Below, in pieces: positions 56,883 through 64,000 of a stretch of 64,000 bases of DNA. The notes below the pieces were generated by a model that did no database searches, was not told the DNA's origin, and worked only from the letters and a program-made list of their open reading frames with translations. How positions within the stretch are numbered: position 1 is the first letter of the stretch; each line of letters begins with the position of its first letter. Both the position numbers and the translations under genes were made by a program. The DNA is from an uncultured candidate division Zixibacteria bacterium (GTDB taxonomy: Bacteria > Zixibacteria > MSB-5A5 > RBG-16-43-9): positions 64,001 through 128,000 of the forward strand of contig OY970208.1 of the NCBI GenBank assembly GCA_963713865.1, in the 5' to 3' direction.

Positions 56883-58244
56883 CTAAATTTCTTCTTCTTT
56901 TTTAAACTTATATTTCTCGATCAATCCATAAAGGGTTGTTCTGCTAACATCTAAATATTTGGCCGCATTCGAGACGTTCCAATCATAGACGTTTAGGGCT
57001 TCCAGAATAGCCTCTTTTTCAGCATTTTCCCTTATAGTCTGCAAAGAGAGAGGTTTCTTTGATTCCTCATTTGCGCTGAAGCCGAGATCAAATGGGGTTA
57101 TCCTTTTACTCTGGCACATTATTACAGCTCTTTTGATTTTATTTTCTAACTCCCGGACATTTCCAGGCCAGCCATATTCTTTTAGCTTCAAGATACTCTT
57201 ATGACTGAAAGAAAGATTTATTTTATTGAATTCCTTTGAGAACATATTCAGCATGGCATTAGACAGAATAATCACGTCATCATCTCTATCCCTTAAAGGC
57301 GGAAGATGGATGTTAATAACACTTAACCTGTAGTAAAGGTCTTCCCGGAACTTTTTTAGCTGAACTTCCTTTTCCAATGGCTTATTAGTAGCTGCAATTA
57401 TTCTAACATTTAGGGTGATTAGCTCCTTACCCCCGACCCTTTCTATCTTATAGTCCTGTAGAAATCTCAAAATCTTTACCTGTAGAGATAAAGGAAGCTC
57501 TCCGATCTCATCTAAAAATACTGTTCCTCCATCTGCATATTCGAACTTCCCTTTTTTCTGAGCATAAGCATCAGTAAATGCACCTTTCTCATATCCAAAA
57601 AGCTCTGATTCCAATAGGGTTTCAGGGATAGCTCCGCAGTTGATAGTCACAAATGGGTTATCCCTTCTTAAGCTCTTACGATGGATAGCTTTTGCTACCA
57701 TCTCCTTGCCAGTCCCGCTCTCTCCAGTGATAAGCACAATTACATCCGTCGTCGCAATCTTTTGTATGGTTTTAAATACCTCAATCATCTTTGGACTGGT
57801 GCCGATTATATCTTCAAATATTTTTTCCTCTAATTTCTCTACAAGCTCTTTATTCTCGCGTTCCAATCGCTGGATGTGAAGAGCTCTTTTGATGATAATC
57901 TTCAGCTCATCCAAATTTATAGGCTTGGTATAGAAATCACATGCGCCTGAACTTATCGCTTTTAGTGCATTCTCCTCTTCCCCATGTCCGGTAATAACTA
58001 TCACTTTCAAAAGAGGGTCTATTTGCAGAAGGTCCTCTAGTATATCCAATCCATCTTTCTCATGTTCATAAGGGGAGAGGGCAACATCTAAAGTAACAAG
58101 ATCCGGTGTTTCCTTCCGAGCAAGCCCTAAAGCCTGTTCCGCATTCGAAGCTAAAAGGATTTCATATTCATCCTGTAATGCCCAGGAAAGCTGAGTTCTT
58201 ATCCCATCTTCATCATCGACTATAAGAATTTTCTCTTTTTCCAT
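56883..58244 (-). CDS. prsR: PEP-CTERM-box sigma54 response regulator
   Basis: Receiver with QLSWAL/LVTLD signature, GESGTGKE, GAFTDA, HTH; directly downstream of the prsK-like kinase and upstream of a PEP-CTERM gene. Confidence 0.85.
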   Translation of the reverse strand: MEKEKILIVDDEDGIRTQLSWALQDEYEILLASNAEQALGLARKETPDLVTLDVALSPYEHEKDGLDILEDLLQIDPLLKVIVITGHGEEENALKAISSGACDFYTKPINLDELKIIIKRALHIQRLERENKELVEKLEEKIFEDIIGTSPKMIEVFKTIQKIATTDVIVLITGESGTGKEMVAKAIHRKSLRRDNPFVTINCGAIPETLLESELFGYEKGAFTDAYAQKKGKFEYADGGTVFLDEIGELPLSLQVKILRFLQDYKIERVGGKELITLNVRIIAATNKPLEKEVQLKKFREDLYYRLSVINIHLPPLRDRDDDVIILSNAMLNMFSKEFNKINLSFSHKSILKLKEYGWPGNVRELENKIKRAVIMCQSKRITPFDLGFSANEESKKPLSLQTIRENAEKEAILEALNVYDWNVSNAAKYLDVSRTTLYGLIEKYKFKKEEEI

Positions 58245-58271
58245 CTATAACTTCCTCACGAATTAAACTTT

Positions 58272-60359
58272 TTACAGGGGCAGCTCTACCGTAAAAGTAG
58301 ACCCTTTGCCCTCTTCACTTTCCACCAATAACCTGCCTTTATGTAATCCCACTATCTCTCTACACTGAAAAAGACCAATCCCCAGACCTTTTTTCTTGGT
58401 AGTCTGAAAAGGCTTGAAAAGATTGTTTCTGATAAAATCTCTGGACATACCTGCCCCAGTATCTGAAACCTTCAATCGGATTAAGCCGTTTTTCTCATCC
58501 AACTCTGTTATTATAGATAAAATTCCTCCCTGAGACATGGCTTCAAATGCGTTAATTATAAGATTTTGAAAAACCCTTTCCATCTGAGACTGATCACATT
58601 TCAGCAGAGGTAGAGTTCCCAAATTCAATACCAACTTGATCTGTGTAAAATTTGAAACTTTCATCCTGTCCAGAAGATTTTTTAAAACTTTATTCAGGTC
58701 ACAGCTTTTCAAGCCTAACTTTATTCCCTCTGAAGCTGAAGAGAGTTTACTCATCAGTTTTCTCATCCTTTCAACTGTATCTGATATGGTTGCCAAAGCA
58801 CTTTTTTGAAAATCAGGATTTTTAAGCTTTTCATCCGCATTCTGTAGAAGTAACGAGAGCATAGAGACAAAGTTCTTCAGATCGTGCAGGATAAAGGATG
58901 ATAGTTTGTTGAACGATTCCATCTCCTTGGAAATTATTAGCTCCTCGCTGAGTTTTGCATTCAGTATGGCAATCGAAGATTGGTGTGCTACTCCACCTAA
59001 AAAAGAGAAATCTTCCTCGGCGAATGGCTGATTGCTTTCTTTGGCTCCTAAAAGCAAAAGTCCCACCAGATTTCTCTTGGCTATCATAGGGACGCAGAGT
59101 TCCAGCTTCAACTCCTCCAGTTGCTTCAAAAAAAGATTACCCTCTTCAGTTGAAAACTTTTTAAACCCCATCTCTTTTATTCTTACTGGTTCTCCATACC
59201 GAAAGATCCAATCCAGGAATTCCTCCTCCTTTTTCATCCTGAGGCCTAAAGAGCTTTCTTTCGGATGATAGGCTACAGAAAAATCACCCTTAGATTCAGA
59301 AAGGAGGATTACGACATTTTCACTCCGGAGGTTAGTTGAAACAACCCCTGCTACCTCTTTGAGGATCTCTTCCAAGTCCAGAAGTGAAGCGATATTCTCG
59401 CTGAACCTGGTCCATTCTGCCCGGTAATCCACTTTCCCCTTATAAAAGCCCTGATCCACAAATCTTTTTATTCTTTCCTTGATTGAGCCAGAGACAACTA
59501 ATGCAGACAGTATCACAATCACTAAAAAAGCAGCCAGAACGGATAAAAATACACTCAGGCTTCCACCATACGATTGAATCAGTTTAGCAATCAGTCCGAC
59601 TATGATTAAATACCCTCCGATCAAAATAGCCACAGTCGAGGAATAGACCACCTGTCGGGTGATTTGAATCGAAACACCCTTTTCCTTTAGATAGCGGGTT
59701 AAACTTATCGACCATAAAATGCTCAGGAACCCCTGGCTCAAAAAAGCAAATTCTGGAATCCGGACATATAGAAAACCGTAGGTGATCAAATAGATAAGCA
59801 ACAGTAAAAGGGCCAGGCTGAAGATGAAAGGGAGGGCTAACCTTTTTTTCTCTGCCTGAGTAGAGGAATGGAAGGTTTTCTCCAGATTTAAAATCGATAA
59901 GACCGCTCCCGCTAAAAGAAAGATCAGGAAAAACTTACCCTGGACACCTATGTAAAATTCAAAGTCACCGAAAATATCTTTCTGCAAAAGGATAAGTATT
60001 CCTTTATTCTGCCAGAGAAGAAAGATAATACTCAGGCAAAAAAAGAGAATGAAGGTGATCAACCCTCTTTTTAGCTCAGCTTTTGAGTCCTCCCGGCCCA
60101 GGGTGGAGGAGAAAAGTATCCAGAGCGGAGAGGTGAAAATAAGCCCGCAAGCTAAAAGATAGAAACTGAGATCTGTTTGGATTGGAGTAGTCTTCAAAGA
60201 AAGCCAGAGGAATCCTGAGAGGAAAAAGATGAATGCAAGGTTTAAAAAAAGAAATGAAGTTTTGCTGACTCCTCTGATTGATTTAAACAGAACCCAGATT
60301 TCACATCCTATCAAGACCAGAAGGGAAAGACCAATGATTATTTGAGAAAAACTAAACAT
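58272..60359 (-). CDS. prsK: PEP-CTERM system histidine kinase
   Basis: Multi-TM N-terminus, KVDYRAEW, GAF domain, FILHDLKN, NPDFQ, FKPFQTTK, GLGIGLFQ. Confidence 0.85.
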   Translation of the reverse strand: MFSFSQIIIGLSLLVLIGCEIWVLFKSIRGVSKTSFLFLNLAFIFFLSGFLWLSLKTTPIQTDLSFYLLACGLIFTSPLWILFSSTLGREDSKAELKRGLITFILFFCLSIIFLLWQNKGILILLQKDIFGDFEFYIGVQGKFFLIFLLAGAVLSILNLEKTFHSSTQAEKKRLALPFIFSLALLLLLIYLITYGFLYVRIPEFAFLSQGFLSILWSISLTRYLKEKGVSIQITRQVVYSSTVAILIGGYLIIVGLIAKLIQSYGGSLSVFLSVLAAFLVIVILSALVVSGSIKERIKRFVDQGFYKGKVDYRAEWTRFSENIASLLDLEEILKEVAGVVSTNLRSENVVILLSESKGDFSVAYHPKESSLGLRMKKEEEFLDWIFRYGEPVRIKEMGFKKFSTEEGNLFLKQLEELKLELCVPMIAKRNLVGLLLLGAKESNQPFAEEDFSFLGGVAHQSSIAILNAKLSEELIISKEMESFNKLSSFILHDLKNFVSMLSLLLQNADEKLKNPDFQKSALATISDTVERMRKLMSKLSSASEGIKLGLKSCDLNKVLKNLLDRMKVSNFTQIKLVLNLGTLPLLKCDQSQMERVFQNLIINAFEAMSQGGILSIITELDEKNGLIRLKVSDTGAGMSRDFIRNNLFKPFQTTKKKGLGIGLFQCREIVGLHKGRLLVESEEGKGSTFTVELPL

Positions 60360-60392
60360 TGAAACCTTTCAAAATCTACACCCCTTATATAA

Positions 60393-60419
60393 CTTTCGTC
60401 AAAGATTTTTTCCACTTGA
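60393..60419 (-). promoter_or_regulatory. Putative sigma28-type promoter upstream of prsK
   Basis: TCAA-N15-GACGAAAG. Confidence 0.35.
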
Positions 60420-60432
60420 GATTAAAAACCTT

Positions 60433-61275
60433 TTAATCCATCCCCTGGTCATAAAGATAGAATCGGGTGAGGGTGGAGATGAGGATATAGTTGGCAAGCA
60501 TAGAGACGAAAATTTCTAAAACCAGAATCAAAAAGACAATCTCCGGATTGAACTTGGAGATAAGGAGAGCCGCTCTTCGGTTTAAAAAGGCGAAAGGAAA
60601 AGTTAAAAGATTGGGCAGTAATACAAAAAAATAGGTGCTGAAGAAATTCCTTTTAAAGATGGAGATGCTCAAACCTAAAGCGGAGATGATATTTCTCCCG
60701 CTTAAAACTATCGCGGAGATGGTAAAGGCAAAAAGCCCGTAAAAAATTACACCTGATCCCAGACTAAAAAGTTCGAAAGCTAACTCCCTTTTAAAGCTGC
60801 CGCTCAAAAATTCCTTACCCACCCTTGAAATTAAAAAGAACCAGCCTATAAGAACTATAATCTCTATCGCCCATATTCCTAACAATAAAAGATATTTGGA
60901 AAAAGCAACCTTTATCCCTTCGGTAAGTTTGACCCGGTTATCAGGCAGAAAATAAGAGAAGAAAAGATAAGTCCCCCAGCCAATGGTAAAACTGCCGATG
61001 ATACCGCTCAACAAAAGATTAGCTCTGGAAAAAATCTTAGGCAAAAAAAGGAAATAGACGGGATAATGCAGAGCAAACTCTCCGATAAACTTTTTAATTA
61101 GAGGAATAAAGGTCAACGAAAGTAAAGGAGAATAGAAATTGACTAGAGCTAAAAGCAAAAGTATCTGAATTAAAGCATATAAAACGAAAGGTAACCAGAG
61201 TAAAGGTTTTTTAAAGGACCTTAATCCAGCCACATATACGGAGAAGAATAAATTTATTTTCTCTAAAATGTTCAT
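60433..61275 (-). CDS. Hypothetical multi-pass membrane protein
   Basis: About 6 hydrophobic segments. Confidence 0.75.
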   Translation of the reverse strand: MNILEKINLFFSVYVAGLRSFKKPLLWLPFVLYALIQILLLLALVNFYSPLLSLTFIPLIKKFIGEFALHYPVYFLFLPKIFSRANLLLSGIIGSFTIGWGTYLFFSYFLPDNRVKLTEGIKVAFSKYLLLLGIWAIEIIVLIGWFFLISRVGKEFLSGSFKRELAFELFSLGSGVIFYGLFAFTISAIVLSGRNIISALGLSISIFKRNFFSTYFFVLLPNLLTFPFAFLNRRAALLISKFNPEIVFLILVLEIFVSMLANYILISTLTRFYLYDQGMD

Positions 61276-61378
61276 TTTAGTTCCTATAAATGAAGACTAT
61301 AATCCAGCCCGTATCCACGAATCCGTTCCCGAACCTCTGGACATCTGGTAGCCATCTCAGAAGAAAAGATTTTATTTA

Positions 61379-62917
61379 TTAGGGCCAGCAGACCAGATCA
61401 GAAGGATCTGAGACCAGCCCTTCCTGATCATATACTACTATATAATAACAATACTTAGCTCTAATTTTAAGCTGGGAATCATTATAGCTGGTGGTAGATT
61501 GCTGGCTGATGATAGATACGCTGATAGTATCTGTTACTCCCAGGGTTGTGTCCACTCTAAAAATCTGATAGAAATCGAAATCGAGATCATGGTTTTGAGA
61601 CCAGGAAACCCTCAAAGTTATGCTATCCACAGCAGATAAAGACGCTGTAACTTTTGCGGGAGGTTTATTTTCTAAGGTTGTGCCACTTTCTACATTGCTC
61701 CCGCTTGAAAGACCGGATTGGTCATAGACATAGACCTTATAATAATAGGTGGTTCCAGAAAAAAGTCCGGTATCAGTAAAACTTGTAGTAGTACTAGAAA
61801 GAATTGTATTTACGAGAAGAGAATCATTGCTCACCAAACTCGTTTTCCCTCGATAAATCCGATAAGAATAAAAATCGTTATCCTGATTCTTTGTCCAGTA
61901 GATAGTTAATTCAGATTGAGTAGAAGAGGAAAGAGGAAAAAGGAAAACCGCAGTTGGAGGGGATTGAATAGTAACTTTACCCGGAGCAGTAAATGTGGGT
62001 GCCTGATTACCGGCCTCGTCTTTAAAATGGCCTGTAACCAGAGCATCTTCCATCTCTGAATTCAAGGGGATAAGATAATCCAGCTCATATACCCCATCTT
62101 CAGAAGTCTGGTCTCCATTAGTCCCGTCATCATACAGTTTTATATTGGTAGAACTTCCTAAATCAATTTTGGCTTCCCCTGATGTTTCTCCACTTTCTAA
62201 TCTGAAATGGATAACCTCACCCGGGTTTTTAGGTTCACCCTGTGTATCCTCAGTCAAGCTCAAAATCTGAGCCTGCATATCCAGAATGATTTTGTCCTGA
62301 TAGAAGCTGACCGATTCGTTCCCATCCTGGTCTTTATATTTGACATAGACCACCTTCTCACCATCCCCTGATTCTAAAACCCAGCTTCTTGTAGTTGAGA
62401 AATTTTCCCAGGAGGAGTTTGAAAAAACCGAATCATTTCCCAAGAGCATATAGGAGGTAATATTTGGAGCAATCAATCTCAAACTGACATTTAGGGAATT
62501 AGTTAGCTTACGGTTTTCATTGATGATTATGCCATATAAATTGGGCTTGGCTGAGACGATTTTGGATTTATACCCTTCAAACCCTTTTTTATCTAAAGCA
62601 GAGATCTGATAAAAATACTCCTGACCATTTTTTACTGACCGGTCGGCGTATTGAGCAACCAAAGTAGAATCGTATAGTGATGGCGTAGCTCCACTTGAAT
62701 CTGCTCGATAGATTTTATATCCACCTATTTTCGAGGTATCATCTATCTGCCAGAAGAGATCGATCCTCTGATCACCTACCTTTAAAATGATCTCCCTGGG
62801 AGTCGGGGGTATGAAGAAATCCTCATCCGGGCTGGTAGGGCTTTTTATCTTTCTTTCGCACCCGTTTATTAAGATTAAAAAGGGAAGCAAAAGAAGAATC
62901 GCAATTTTTCCCTTCAT
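61379..62917 (-). CDS. Fibronectin type III repeat lipoprotein with choice-of-anchor X-like module
   Basis: Lipobox INGC; FN3 motifs (W..YKIYR..Y.D..YFY); LYDDGTNGDQTSEDGVY. Confidence 0.8.
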   Translation of the reverse strand: MKGKIAILLLLPFLILINGCERKIKSPTSPDEDFFIPPTPREIILKVGDQRIDLFWQIDDTSKIGGYKIYRADSSGATPSLYDSTLVAQYADRSVKNGQEYFYQISALDKKGFEGYKSKIVSAKPNLYGIIINENRKLTNSLNVSLRLIAPNITSYMLLGNDSVFSNSSWENFSTTRSWVLESGDGEKVVYVKYKDQDGNESVSFYQDKIILDMQAQILSLTEDTQGEPKNPGEVIHFRLESGETSGEAKIDLGSSTNIKLYDDGTNGDQTSEDGVYELDYLIPLNSEMEDALVTGHFKDEAGNQAPTFTAPGKVTIQSPPTAVFLFPLSSSTQSELTIYWTKNQDNDFYSYRIYRGKTSLVSNDSLLVNTILSSTTTSFTDTGLFSGTTYYYKVYVYDQSGLSSGSNVESGTTLENKPPAKVTASLSAVDSITLRVSWSQNHDLDFDFYQIFRVDTTLGVTDTISVSIISQQSTTSYNDSQLKIRAKYCYYIVVYDQEGLVSDPSDLVCWP

Positions 62918-62928
62918 TTTTTTCTCCT

Positions 62929-63735
62929 TTAAAAATTCTTGGTTAAGCTTAATTTCACCTCTCCGTTTTCAGGCTCAAATGAAATTGAGCTACTCACCCC
63001 CAGGCCATCTTTAACGGAAGGGAAAAATACTATTGCATCCATAAGATTAAATCCGTAGGCTGCCGCTGCTAAAATCAAACTAGTCCTTCTAAGATTCTCC
63101 GCATCATAAGCCTCTCTCTGTTTTTGATCTAAGATCTGTTTCAGTCTGTGTTTTTCTTCAACATTTTTGGCCGCATTATAATCGTTTTTAGCTGAGATGC
63201 AAGCGTCATTCTTATTAGAGAAGTAATCATCTGCTACTACATAAGCTATTGCAGCCCCCAAAGCTGAAAAACTAAAGAGGAAGGCTTTATTTTTCTCACC
63301 GTAGTAAAATTGTCCCCATCCTGGGATTAAAGCTGACCTCAAGGCACCTTTTAATCTGGTCTTGGGAACAAGGGTAATAGAAAGGTATTTAGGGGCATTC
63401 TCATCTAACCAGATATTGGTTGACCAACCCTCATAACCCTCTTTAAAAGCTTTAACCCTATATCTACCCCTTAAATTCACAGGAAGGGTAACCGGGGTGG
63501 TGGCAGTCAGGTTATATTCTCCTTCTAAGAAAACTGTTGCTCCAGCAGGAACTGAGGTAACGACCAAACCAGTCTCAGGTTTTTTCTCTTCCTCCTGAGA
63601 AAAAGCAGGCCGGAAAAGGATAAAAATCAGAATTACAAATCCGATTCTGGAGCCACAGGCTCTTATCATCCTTTTAACTTTTAGGTTAATCATGTTTTCT
63701 CCTTGGTAATCAACCTCTTTAAAACCTTTATTCAA
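62929..63735 (-). CDS. PEGA-domain protein with DUF5683-like C-terminus
   Basis: VTSVPAGATVFL PEGA motif; ALRSALIPGWGQFY; true start probably an internal ATG. Confidence 0.75.
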   Translation of the reverse strand: MNKGFKEVDYQGENMINLKVKRMIRACGSRIGFVILIFILFRPAFSQEEEKKPETGLVVTSVPAGATVFLEGEYNLTATTPVTLPVNLRGRYRVKAFKEGYEGWSTNIWLDENAPKYLSITLVPKTRLKGALRSALIPGWGQFYYGEKNKAFLFSFSALGAAIAYVVADDYFSNKNDACISAKNDYNAAKNVEEKHRLKQILDQKQREAYDAENLRRTSLILAAAAYGFNLMDAIVFFPSVKDGLGVSSSISFEPENGEVKLSLTKNF

Positions 63736-63796
63736 GATTATTTGAAAATACAGTTTTAATAAAAATAATGCAAGTCTTTTTTAACTATACGGAAAT

Positions 63797-63826
63797 AAAA
63801 AAGTCCCGCACTTTTGGCGGGACTAA
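63797..63826 (-). terminator. Rho-independent terminator after the sugar transferase
   Basis: AGTCCCGC-N7-GCGGGACT with a T-run on the minus strand. Confidence 0.7.
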
Positions 63827-63846
63827 AGATATCCAAATTCGTTTAC

Positions 63847-64000
63847 TCAACACGCCCCTTTTCCTGTAACTACCACTAAAACCGTCTTGAGCAATATTCT
63901 TATGTCTTCGACTATGGACCATCCCTGAATATAATTCAGGTCATGATTTACTTTTAATTTAACGTCTTCAAACGAAGAATCGTAACCATTTTTTACCTGA
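63847..64000 (-). CDS. Bacterial sugar transferase (WcaJ/EpsB-like priming glycosyltransferase), C-terminal fragment
   Basis: QVKNGYDSSFEDVKLKVNHDLNYIQGWSIVEDIRILLKTVLVVVTGKGAC*; not in the ORF track. Confidence 0.85.
   Translation of the reverse strand, partial: QVKNGYDSSFEDVKLKVNHDLNYIQGWSIVEDIRILLKTVLVVVTGKGAC

Noticed and set aside
61287-61353. 23-aa ORF (MATRCPEVRERIRGYGLDYSLHL) between the FN3 and membrane genes
   Set aside because: No SD, too short to support
1-64000. tRNA, rRNA, tmRNA or SRP RNA genes; transposases
   Set aside because: No cloverleaf with T-loop and CCA end, rRNA-like tract, or HUH/DDE ORF was recognisable

Overview
64 kb of low-GC bacterial chromosome, mostly minus-strand housekeeping genes: gpmI, purM, priA, valS, rlmN, pta, prfB, rqcH/NFACT, ispG, rnhB, ffh-rpsP-khpA-rimM-trmD-rplS, rpe, rsmB, pfkA and a 2-oxoacid:ferredoxin oxidoreductase operon. 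It ends in a PEP-CTERM/PrsK-PrsR/EPS locus. The gene style suggests an anaerobic FCB-group candidate lineage such as Zixibacteria; this is an unverified inference. I found no rRNA, tRNA, CRISPR array or transposase. Five things stand out. (1) Most long intergenic gaps are mosaics of about ten distinct families of REP-like palindromes; these share interchangeable mini-hairpin modules and sometimes nest inside each other. (2) Accessory genes sit inside or between these mosaics. One is a TM-STAND NTPase-TPR (NLR-like) gene with a 102-bp tandem array, bracketed by ~105-bp direct repeats. Another is an AT-rich HEPN-motif plus membrane-protein pair. (3) A stand-alone cyanophycin-synthetase N-domain-like metallopeptidase is coupled to an unannotated 56-aa ORF. 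(4) Four sigma28-like promoters precede signalling genes, and a sigma54 promoter drives the PEP-CTERM gene. (5) There are several translational oddities: the prfB programmed frameshift, an apparent ATT start for rimM, and +1 frameshifts in purM and rpe that may be sequencing errors.
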